Below are positions 33,888 to 44,300 of a stretch of 56,797 nt of DNA, in pieces. Below the pieces are notes generated by a model. That model saw only the letters and a list, made by a program, of their open reading frames with translations, had not been told where the DNA came from and did no database searches. A program made the position numbers and the translations under genes. Positions within the stretch are counted from its first letter, which is position 1. Each line of letters starts with the position of its first letter. This DNA is from Chrysochromulina tobinii (taxonomy: Eukaryota). The stretch spans positions 1 to 56,797 of the forward strand of contig JWZX01003397.1 in assembly GCA_001275005.1 (NCBI GenBank), in the 5' to 3' direction.

Positions 33888-34489
33888 TACATGTATGTGT
33901 GCGCGCCGCGCGATCTGCATGGGCGGCCTCGCCTCTCGATCCCGCGTCGTCTCGTTCGTTCGGATGCCGTGCGCTTGGTGGCATGGGCGTGAAGACGAGA
34001 TGAGTGCATGCCCACACGTGTCGCGTGTGTGGTGCCTCGTTAAGTCGATGTCGGCCCCCGGCCCCGCGGCCGCGGCTCGCGTCGAGAATCGAGATGTTCG
34101 GTCGGGGCGCGCGCGTGCGACAGGGGCGGGGGCGCGTACTAGGAGGGCGAGGGGCGCTGCGGGCGGTGTTTGCTCCGTCGGTCGCCGCCGCCTGTTTGTA
34201 CTTTATCTCTATTTTAACGGGAAGGGCGGCCGACAGCGACGCCCCCCCGCCCGCCCGCACGCTCGAAAGCAGGTTACCAAAGTACCCGAGGTTGTCACGA
34301 GGACACGCAGGCGATGCGACCGGCGCCGCACCCGCAGCCGGGCTAAGCCGCGGCGGCGCCACGGGCCGGGGAGCGACCGGCCGTACTGTGTACGGCGGGT
34401 CCTACTACATTAAGAAATGTGGCACGGCATGCAAAGAGCCATACAGAGCCGTGTGATTTCCGCCGGCCCTCAATTCGGTTCTTGCCGGG

Positions 34490-36946
34490 TTATCGGATAT
34501 CGCATCGTCCATCGTCCATCGATCGGTCCCCAGGGGCGTGGCCTGGGGCGTGTGGAGGGGGCGGTTTGTGTAGGAGGCTTGGTCTGAGCCCATCGATGAC
34601 CTCGATGACTACCTCGAGTGAGCCTTTGTCACCGCAGACGACGGCGTCGAAAACTCTCTGGTAGTCTACGAATGACGAGTGGCGCGAAGAATCACCATCA
34701 TCGGCTGCATCGTTGCATATGCCAATGCCAAATCGAGTGATGTCAAGCGGCGCCCCGTCCATGACCTGCAGATCTGACGGCTTGTCTCCCAGCACCAGCA
34801 CCGTTTTGCGGAGAGCGTGCCGTTCAAACCAGATGCGATTCCTTTCAAGAGTGCGCCCCTTGTTGAAGCTGGTGATCGGCTCGACAGGCTCAATCGCGAC
34901 CAGATGCCCATCGTCGCCAAACTTCAGGTGGTTGCTGGAGATCTCACACCATCGGACCGTAACTGGGTCAGCTGCCAGCACCTCCTCGATGACGTTCGAA
35001 TAGCCTGCGCTCACGATCAGCACTGGCACCTGCAGCTCGGCGAGTCTGCGCAGCAGTCGGAGGGCCCCAGGCCGGAGCTCTATGCTGGAGTCACGCACAC
35101 ACTCACGTATTGCCGGAGCAAAAATGCCGGCGCCATGGCTGATAAGGATGTCATTGGCGCGCACCCACCAGCCATCGCCCGCCAGCTCGGGCGGAAATGG
35201 CTTTGAGAAGTCGAGCAGCGGCACAAAGGCCGTGCGCACCTCCTCCGGAAGGCTCGGTGACGAGCCAAGGATATCATGGCACTGATCCGAGTTTCCAGTG
35301 GTGAGCGTGGCGTCAAAGTCACAGACGACCAGCAGGTTCTCGACGGCCGTGCCATCTGTCAGCCTCGATCGCAACTCCGCCATCCCAAATGCGCTCTTGG
35401 TGGCGCCCGACTCGCTCGTTGGGGCCATCATTTTGAGCGTGGTCGCAAGGCGGCGGCCGCCAGCACCAGCAGACGGTAGCGGCGCTGAGGAGCACCCAGC
35501 TGCCGGCAGGAGATAGGAATGGCCGAGCAGGTCTTGCAGCACGAGCTTTCGAAGCAGTCCCTGCGCCTTGAGCCCCGCGCCAAGCGCGTGGCCGGCCACC
35601 CCATGCCGCACGACACGCAACTTATCAGCGGGCAGCGGTGGCAGGTAGCTCAGCTGTGCCAAGTCAGGTGGGTCCTGCCCAACGTGCAGCACCACCTTTG
35701 CTGCGGTCAACGCACATGCATGCGCGATGGTGCCCTTGAGGCGCCCCTTGCGCGCGTCGCTGAAGTCGGCGCGGCCCGCGTACGTGCTCTCGAAGTCCCG
35801 TACGTCAATTTGGGGCACAAGTGCGACAACCGCCCCCGTTGCGTGCCGTGCGAAGCGCAGCGCCCCTGTAGCACCCATCGACTCGCCCAGGAGGCAGACG
35901 CGCCCATACGGCGCACAAAGCTCGGTGAAAGTGGCGTCCCACCACGCACCATCGTCGTACTCGCCACTCATCGGGTTTGTCTGAAACCACGACTGCGCCG
36001 TATCGAGCACATGCGCGAGCACCATCCGATCGTCTGCGACGGCGCGGTGGGTGGCCCCCCACTCGGCACGCACCACACCATGCCAGCCAAGGGACGAGAA
36101 GATGAGCACGAGCGTGCGCTCGCTCGACGCGGCTGTGCTCACGGGCGGGTTCATGATGAGAGGTCCTGGGGCGGCAGCGGCGTGCCAAACGCGTCCGAGC
36201 GTCGCGGAGGCCCGCTGGGAGCCACTCGCACGTGCGGCGCCAACGAAGCTCCGCAAACCGAGCTTGGTCGCTGGGAACCCGAGTGGACGGAGCACCGTCC
36301 CAGCCAGCTGCTCGACTGCGCATCGGTACAGAGCGTGAATGATGCGCTCGTCGTCCTCGGTCGTTGGCGGCACGGCCACAAAGTCTTGTTTGGTTCGTCG
36401 ATTGAGCGCCGCCGAAAAAGCCTCTGCCGCACTAACCGGCTTCATACGGCGCTCCCGTTCTTCTGAAAGCGCTGCTTGCCGCGCCATCAAGAAAGCATCG
36501 GACATGACGGCGGCTTCAAAATGGTCAAGCACTTTGCTGCGATGCCAGTGATCAAGCTGCACGAATCGTGCAGACGCCACGATGGCATTCGCAGCCTCGC
36601 ATGCCTCAAATCGAGCTACGTCTGCATCTGTCTGCGAGACCGCCAAGGCGAGCGCTTCGAGTGCGTCGTCCCACAGAGCCACGTCGAAAATGTGCTGCTT
36701 CAGTTGCGTGCCTGTGCTCCAATCGAAATCGGCGGCGAAGGCCATAAGCTGCTCGGCGCTTTCGGGTAGCGCAGCATTTGCAGTCTCAGGAATTGTGTTC
36801 ATCACACCGAGGCATGCATCGATGATCTCGCACACGCCACTGCTGCCGTCGCTGAGACGGGCATCAAGGTGCGAAAGAGGCAAGCACATGCGGATGGGTG
36901 AGGTTGTGACAGTGCACGAGAGCAGGATCCGGAGAGTCGACGCCAT
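34490..36946 (-). CDS. Fusion: N-terminal unknown region + alpha/beta-hydrolase + pyrimidine 5'-nucleotidase (NT5C3-type HAD)
   Basis: Nucleophile elbow LLGESMGATGAL. HAD motifs VVCDFDATLT, LIVSAG, ISSNHLKF, FNK and LVLGDKPSDL lie in the same uninterrupted ORF. Confidence 0.8.
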   Translation of the reverse strand: MASTLRILLSCTVTTSPIRMCLPLSHLDARLSDGSSGVCEIIDACLGVMNTIPETANAALPESAEQLMAFAADFDWSTGTQLKQHIFDVALWDDALEALALAVSQTDADVARFEACEAANAIVASARFVQLDHWHRSKVLDHFEAAVMSDAFLMARQAALSEERERRMKPVSAAEAFSAALNRRTKQDFVAVPPTTEDDERIIHALYRCAVEQLAGTVLRPLGFPATKLGLRSFVGAARASGSQRASATLGRVWHAAAAPGPLIMNPPVSTAASSERTLVLIFSSLGWHGVVRAEWGATHRAVADDRMVLAHVLDTAQSWFQTNPMSGEYDDGAWWDATFTELCAPYGRVCLLGESMGATGALRFARHATGAVVALVPQIDVRDFESTYAGRADFSDARKGRLKGTIAHACALTAAKVVLHVGQDPPDLAQLSYLPPLPADKLRVVRHGVAGHALGAGLKAQGLLRKLVLQDLLGHSYLLPAAGCSSAPLPSAGAGGRRLATTLKMMAPTSESGATKSAFGMAELRSRLTDGTAVENLLVVCDFDATLTTGNSDQCHDILGSSPSLPEEVRTAFVPLLDFSKPFPPELAGDGWWVRANDILISHGAGIFAPAIRECVRDSSIELRPGALRLLRRLAELQVPVLIVSAGYSNVIEEVLAADPVTVRWCEISSNHLKFGDDGHLVAIEPVEPITSFNKGRTLERNRIWFERHALRKTVLVLGDKPSDLQVMDGAPLDITRFGIGICNDAADDGDSSRHSSFVDYQRVFDAVVCGDKGSLEVVIEVIDGLRPSLLHKPPPPHAPGHAPGDRSMDDGRCDIR

Positions 36947-37142
36947 CCGCGAGCGTGTCCTTTGCGAAAGTCGACGGAAGACTTCGTTTAGACTGAAGTT
37001 TTCCAGCTTCAGAATGAGGGAGACGAATGGGTTTTGAGCACAAAAACAGGCGCGAAACGCGCATTACATGATTACCCGGTAATCATCAGGCGGGAGCGAT
37101 TTTGTGCTGCGCCGCCCGCCCTGCGACCCGTCGCAAAGACAG

Positions 37143-37707
37143 ATGGCGTCCTCGGAGAATTCGTTCTTCGGCCTCAAGGTGCCCGAGGGCAACGACCGCC
37201 GAGAGCTGTACAAGTCCCAGTACCGGGCAATCTACACATGTAAACACACTCTGTCTTGCACCGCACAGCACACGTGCCGTGCAGCGCGATTATGCCCAGC
37301 GCACTCGCTGATAGAGTTACCATTTCATGCCCATATCATGCCCATATCGCACTCGCTGCCACAGACAAAATGTCGGTATCCGAGCTCGACGCGCACTTCC
37401 GCGAGGGCGTGACGGGCAGTGGCCCCGACGGCGGCTGGTCGATCAAGAACGACGAGCGGGTCAAGTATGTGGGCAAGCTGGAGGTGTGCAAGGGTGAGGA
37501 CTCGTCACTCAAGGTGACGATGGAGGACTATCCGGAGGCGGGGATGTCGGCGCTCAAATACTACACCATCCGTGAGCACCTCGCAGCGCACTTACGACTC
37601 AATCGAACGGCCTTGCTTCCTGGCCCATAGCCGATGCACTGCCCTTTGAACCCTCCCTGTTGACCCCCTTACGTGCATGTGGCTGCGCAGAGTCATATAC
37701 CAAGTGA
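37143..37707 (+). CDS. Small hypothetical protein (106 aa), 3 exons
   Basis: Exons 37143-37239, 37365-37571 and 37691-37707 with GT-AG introns sum to 321 nt: MASSENSFFGLK...YYTIQSYTK*. Good codon bias. Confidence 0.75.
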
Positions 37708-38055
37708 GCGGCAACACCTTCCCAGTGTAGATTTTCTTGCTCAACCGCTCTCTCTCTCTCTCGTGAGTCTGCGAACACGCCGGAGCTTCTTTGCGAAATG
37801 TGGACGACTGCGAAACCGGAAAGTGGGGTTCCGTTTGGAGACGCAGTGCATGCCGACGGACGCGCACATCTTCAGGCAGGCGTGCAAGGCACCAGATATT
37901 TCGACGACCTTATCTGGAAGAGCACGGCGTGGGCGTGAGGCGCTGCACACCGGTGGTCGGTGTGCACGTGGAGACCGTGGATTTCAGCACTACTTCTACG
38001 GTGTTATGTTAAAACGGTTGCAGACGGTACATGTAGGCCACGAGGGTACTACGTG

Positions 38056-38415
38056 TCAAAAGAGCATAGCTGGATCACCATGCGGCACAATACTTCCAGC
38101 TTCGTCACTGTCCGTGGTCTGAAACTGAAAGTAGACATCTTGCCGTTCCGACTGAGCAGGCGGCTGGGCTGTTTTCAAGGCCGAAGGCTCGTCGGTGTCG
38201 TCAAATACGACGAGCTGATCATCGCGTCCATCAAAGCCGCCTCGCAAAGCCGCTTCATACGCACTCTCCTCGCTCGCTACGCTAATCGCCTCGACACCAT
38301 CGATTGCCCTCCGGTAATTATCCATTGTATTTCCTAATGTGAGAGCCACGACAAAACCAACCATGACCAACAGTGCAATTTCGTGCGGCTTCAGGTCGTT
38401 GCGGCGTGGTGGCAT
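38056..38415 (-). CDS. Small hypothetical type II membrane protein
   Basis: MPPRRNDLKPHE, then TM IALLVMVGFVVALTLG, then an acidic tail. Confidence 0.5.
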   Translation of the reverse strand: MPPRRNDLKPHEIALLVMVGFVVALTLGNTMDNYRRAIDGVEAISVASEESAYEAALRGGFDGRDDQLVVFDDTDEPSALKTAQPPAQSERQDVYFQFQTTDSDEAGSIVPHGDPAMLF

Positions 38416-39179
38416 ACTCGACTCGTCGGCCGAAGACGAAGTTGTCGCGGCCGGGCGCTCGGGCGCTCTCGGGCTGTCGTCGGCGTCGGGGCTTAGCTGT
38501 GGGTAGAAGCACGGTGTGAAAGAAATTGGGATAAGGTTTGACTTTTTGACTTCGAACTGTCTGTTGAGGCATCTCGGCCGCCTACTCTCATAACCATATG
38601 CGCAGGACACGAAGCCGAAAGAGTACAATTGTACGTTAGGTGTACTTGCTGTGAGTGAGGAGGGGCGTGGGGCCTCGTCCCCGGCGCGTGCGCGCGAGGG
38701 ATCGGATATTAGGGTTCGTTGCGAGTAGTCGTCGTATAGTCGTGGTTGCACGTTGGAAAGTGTGGAATTGTGTCGCTCTCGCAGCGCAGTGTGAACGTGG
38801 CTGTTCAAGGCTGTTCGCACACCAGCCCGGGGATTTTCGTATTCTGATAATTCTTGCGCGCGCCGGCCGCCGCCCGCGCGACCAACGGAACTACGAAGGC
38901 GGGTGTGGCTGCAGATTTGTCGACAGATTTGTGATTTCACACCGCCGTTTAGCGCGCGAAGAAAGAACTGCGGAGACCGCCGCCACCCTTTTACCAGCTA
39001 TTCCACGTCCATCGCGGGATCGAATCATGGATCGAATACCCCGCCGAGCGGCGCGTACACGAGTACGCCGGTACCACGCCCTACGGCTACGCGGCCGGGG
39101 TTCATCAGGTCTCTGACGCTCAGACGGAACGGGCGAGTTGTGCAGAGTGTACAGTGTACAGTCCCATCACCTGTGCCCA

Positions 39180-41090
39180 TCACCTCGGATCGGGCAAGCG
39201 CGAATCGCGGGGCGGCACAAAGGGCGGGGGCATGGTCTGTGCGTGCAACGCCGGGAAGTCAAAGCCCTCAAAAAAGCTCGATTTGAAGATGTTTGGGATG
39301 TTGATCCGCTCGCTGGGCCGCTTGTCGAGCATGCGCTCGATGAGCTCCTTGGTAGCTTGGCCCAACGCGCCTGTCTGGGTGAAGCACGGGTCGCTCATCG
39401 CCGGCTGCGACTTGATAATCGCCTGGTAGAGCTCCATCTTGCGCGCCGCACCCGTGGCGGTGCTGTCCTTGGGCGGCATGAAGGGGAAGCGCCCTGTCGT
39501 GATTTGAAAGAGCAGGACTCCAAGCGCCCACACCTCCGCCTTGTGGCCATCTGCCGGGACGGGAGTCGGACAGTGGCGGCATGTGAGCACAAGAACTCCG
39601 GGGCGCCAAGCTCGAGCCATGGCGGGCGATGCCCGAGGAGATGATGGGTTCGGCCGTGCCGTCTACGTACAGCCAGTCTTATGGATGATCTCGGGTGCGA
39701 GGTACAACGGCGTGCCACATGAGGTGTACGTGTGCTCTGACTCACTCACCCGCTTGGCGAGACCCACGTCAATCACCTTGCAGTAACCTCTTCTGCTGAT
39801 CATCACATTCTTGGCGGACAGGTCGCGATGCATCCACGCTGCCGAATGCAAGGCGTCAAATGCGGAGCACATGCAGGCGAAGTAGAATCGGCATGTATGC
39901 AGGCTCATGGCGCCACTATTGCGATGATCGGCCATCAGGTCCTCCAGCGAGCCACCACCCAGATGCTCGAGCAACATGTAACTCTTCTTTTGGGCATCGA
40001 CGTACTCACCTGCGATGAGGAGGGCCATGAGAGGGTCATCAGCGGTCATCAGCGGTCTTTAGCGGTCATTCGCGATCATCAGATGCCATCATCGGCAATC
40101 AGCGCTCATCAGCGCTCATCAGCGCTCATCAGCGCTCATCAGCGCTTATCAGCGCTCACGAGCTCTCATAAGCGCTCATAAGCGATAATGAGCTCTCATC
40201 AGCATCATCAGTGGTCCTCAAATCAGAGTAGTCTCACCATAGAAGCGCATCAGAAAGGGCGACGCGCCTTCGCGCATGCACGCAATCTCGCGGTCGATAA
40301 GCGTGCGCAGAGGTGTACGGCCGTTCATGCCCGCGCTGTCCTGGATCTTGAGCGCGTAAGCCTTCCGCGTCGGCTTGTGAACGATCAGATGCACCTCTCC
40401 AAACTGCCCCTTGCCCAGGATGGCCACCGAGCTCGACTGCGTGACTGCGGCTTGCACGTCGGCGAACTCGCGAGCGAGCGACTCATAGCCGTCGTACGAC
40501 GACTCACTGAGCGACTTGATATCCTTGTGGCGCGTCATGGCCTGCGCCACGACACCTTGGAAGGCTGATGGCCCTTTGGCCTTCCGGTTTTGCTCGATGA
40601 CCGACCAGATCGTCATCCGCAGGCGCGTTCCGTACTCCATCTGCATAAGCTTGAAGACCTGCCGGTGGAGCCGATAGAGTTCGGCCGAACCCTGACCAAT
40701 CGCAGTGAAGTCTGCACGTCCGCCTGTGTCCAGCGCCTCCTGCCCAAATGTGTCGCCAGGCCCAAGCATCCGCTTCGTGTTCAAGCTCTGGACCAGCACG
40801 CGGCCCGTGTGCACGACGTAGAGGTAGTCGATGGTGCTGCCTTCACGCACGGCCACCTCACGTGGTAGCAGGCGGCAGTGCTCCATCGCCTCTGTGAATC
40901 GCAGAATCTGGTGCAGGTGCACGCCATAGAGGAATGGCACGCGTGCCAGCGCCTCTCGGAGGAACTCAGTCAACTCCTTGGACTTCGGGTGGAGCTTGAT
41001 GGTCTTGGTGGAGGTCTCGTTAAGGTCACCGAGTTCCACAGCAGTTTCTCTAATGGGCCGAAGCAGTGGGTCACGAAAATGGTAAGCCAT
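39180..41090 (-). CDS. Cyclic-nucleotide-binding domain + AGC (PKG/PKA-like) protein kinase, at least 3 exons
   Basis: cNMP domain (EGSTIDYLYVVHTG..LGPGDTFG) and kinase motifs LGKGQFGEV, YALK, HRDLSAKN, CGTPLYLAPE and PPPFVP. Introns are 40010-40237 and 39551-39670. A possible extra intron 39113-39183 would extend the CDS to 39025. Confidence 0.88.
40031..40215. repeat. Intronic 10-bp tandem array (agcgctcatc consensus, about 17 units)
   Basis: Exact 10-bp register from 40031 to 40200, inside kinase intron 40010-40237. Confidence 0.92.
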
Positions 41091-41358
41091 GCGCGATGAC
41101 GGCGCCCCGCGAGCACGGCCCTGCAACCTTGCAAGTGTAAGCGTCGAAAATCCCAAAAGAGCTGCGAAGTTTGCACGATCTCGAAGTCTCAGATCACCAC
41201 AGAACTTGGGTATGCAGCTTTTACATGTAGTGCGTTTGGAAGATCTGGGGCGTGGGGGACGTGTGGTGGTCGTGGTGGGGGGCGGCTCAGGGCGGGGCGG
41301 CCGTCGGGCGGGGGGAACTTGGCGTCGGCCCAGTCGCGCAACGTCCCGTTGGAAGAGA

Positions 41359-44300
41359 ATGGATGTTGAGACGGAGGCAGCAAAGGAAGCCAGGAAAGCA
41401 CCGCACCAGCTGGTCATCCCAACCGAGGCTCAGCTGCCACAGGCGGCGCGTAGCTTCGGCCCGCTGGTGTATTGGTCAGAGGCACGTCCTGGCACGCCCA
41501 GCGGGCTGCCACGGGTAGCACAGTTGGTCTTCCGCCCGACGCGCTTCACGCTGAACGAGCTGTGGACCGACGTACCGCGGCCGGTATCGGATTCGCCATG
41601 GCAGCTCTCCTACGCTCTTGCCAGCCGTAGCGAGTGCCGGCTGCTGCAGACAATCTTCGAGGATCACGGCTTTGAGCTGACTACGTCCAATACGTTCAAC
41701 ATCCTCTGGCTGAGCTGCCCGGTGAAGCCGGCGCTGCTGCTCGGGCTCAACAAGTACCAAAAGGTCAACCACTTTCCACGCACCCAGGAGCTCACGCGCA
41801 AAGACCTGCTCGCGCGTACGCTCGGCAGCCTGCGCGAGGCCCATGGGCCGTCTGCGTGCGACTTCCTGCCGCAGACCTTTGTGTTGCCCGCGGACTATGA
41901 CGCGCTGCACGCGGCGATGGCGCGTGAGCGTGTGGCGTGGATTGTCAAGCCGGTTGCCTCGTCGTGCGGGCGGGGCATTTCCATCGTGCAACAGCCGCAT
42001 CAGCTGCCGCATGAGGACGTCGTCGTCTCACGCTACATCGCCAACCCCTTGCTTATTGACGGCTTCAAGTTCGACTTGCGGATCTACGTGGCAGTGACCT
42101 CGTTCTATCCGCTGCGCTGCTACGTGTATGAGGACGGTCTCGCGCGCTTCTCGACCGAGCGCTACCAGAACAGCGGCAGCGGCGGCTATAAGAACGTATT
42201 CATGCACCTCACCAACTACTCGATCAACAAGCATTCGGCGCACTTCGTCGAGAACACCGATGCCTCTTCCGACGACCATGGCAACAAGTGGTCGCTGAGC
42301 GCGCTGAAGCGGTGTCTTGCGCGCAACGGTGTCGATGTGCCCGCGCTCTTCGCGCGCATCGATGCGCTTATCGTGCGCACGCTCATCGCCGTCGAGCCTT
42401 CAGTGGTCAGCGCCTGCCGCCGCTATTGCGGGCACAAGAACTGCTGCTTCCAACTGTTAGGCTTCGACGTGCTCATCGACGACGCTCTCAAACCCTGGTT
42501 GCTCGAAGTTAACCTGTCGCCCTCGCTCGGCACCGACTCGCCACTGGACCTCAAGGTGAGCCACCCGCGCACCCTCCGCTGCCCGTGCGCGCGCCCGCCG
42601 CCGCCCTCCCTCCCGGCCGCCGCCCCCCGCCGCCGCACGCGCACCAGCCGCCGCCCGCGCACCCGCAGCCCCACTCATGCTCGCACCGCCAAGAGCGTCC
42701 GCGGCCTCTCTCCGTGGCCGTGCGGCGTCCAAATGCGGTGCCACAACTGCTCCTGCAGTATCGAGCGCCGGCGCGCCATTCTCTTCGGCGCCGCGCGCTT
42801 TTCGAGGCAGGCCAGAACCCTTTTTTGGCAGACCAGCAAACGCGGCAGCGCGCCAAGAGCGGATTGCGTGCGGATTGCGTGCGCTCTTGAATCCCATCGC
42901 CTCTTGCCCACCATGGTTTCGCTGTGTGGATGCTCGTTTCGGCGCACGCGCAGGTCAAGGCTGAGATGCTCTGCCAGCTGCTCACGCTCGCCTCGATCAC
43001 GCCATATGACCGGGAGGCGCATAAGCATGAGGCGCGCCGTCGTGAGCAGCAGCGGTACGAGCGGCTGGCGCGTGGCGAGCCCGCAGCGAAGCAGGTGCTG
43101 CGCTCGCGCTTGGGCGAGGTGGTCGGCATGGCGATGAGCCTCGATGCGCACCGAGCGGTCGCCGAGATGGACGCGGAAGCTTCCAAGAGCGGCGCGTTCC
43201 GGCGCGTCTATCCAACGGCCAACGGGCACGTGCACCGGCATATCTTCGCGCAAGAGCGCCCCCTCAACACGATGCTCTGTGAAGTGTTGCGCCAACGCGC
43301 GGCCGACGTTGCCAACGCGGCAGAACACGACCTCGACGCAATCTCGGGTGCTCAAGGGGCCGCACGCGCCTCCGAGGGCCTCCCGCCGACTGCCCCCGCC
43401 GACGCCCCCGGCAGCGCGCCGACAACGAAGCTGGCCGACGCAGCGAGTGCGATCTCGGGAGGTGCGATCTCGGAGGTGCAATCTCGGGAGCTGGCCGACG
43501 CAGCGAGCGCGATTGCACAGGCGCCGCCAAAGGCCGCAACCCGTCTGGCAGAGGCACTGGGTGAGGGGCAGCAGCAGCAACAGCAAAAGCAGCCGCCGCC
43601 GCCGCCGCAGCAGCAGCAGCCGCCGCCGCACCCGCACCCGCAGCCGCAGCCGCAGCCGCAGCCGCAGCCGCAGCCGCAGCCGCAGGCCTTGCAGCAGCCG
43701 CAGGCCTTGCAGCAGCCGCAGGCCCAGCCTGATTTCCAGTCGTCAGTGCCGTCCTGCCCCGCTCGCATCTCTGTGCAGGCGCACGGCGGCTCGTGGGCGG
43801 AGGCTGCGACCCACGCGGAGGGTGTGTGCGCGACGCTGCACGCCTCACGCCCTTCCTCGTCAGGCCTCGCGCCCGGCCACCCTGGCGCGCATGGTCCGGA
43901 AGGTGCGATCTCGGGAGGTGCGATCTCGGGAGGTGCGATCTCGGGAGGTGCGATCTCGGCGGCCTACCGTGCCGATAAGCCACCTGCCGGCTCGCGCGCC
44001 ACGCCGTATACAACCACAGGTGACGAGATCGCACCTCGAAACGGAGTGCCACTGATGATCTCCGAGTGTCAATAATCGTCACTGATTGCGGCCCCGTGTG
44101 CGAGCACAGTCGCGTATGGAGCGAGCGTGCCAGCTCCAGAATCTTGGAGCCCCTCCAAAGAGGCCGGGCGGCCTAAGTCGCCCTTGCATGCCGGGTTCGT
44201 CACTGGGTACGGCTCGCCGACTGCTTCCTTTGAGGCCACTGCTGGGATAGCGGCAGCAGGCGCCGATGCCGCTGCGGCACGGCGCAGCGGCGTGTTCACT

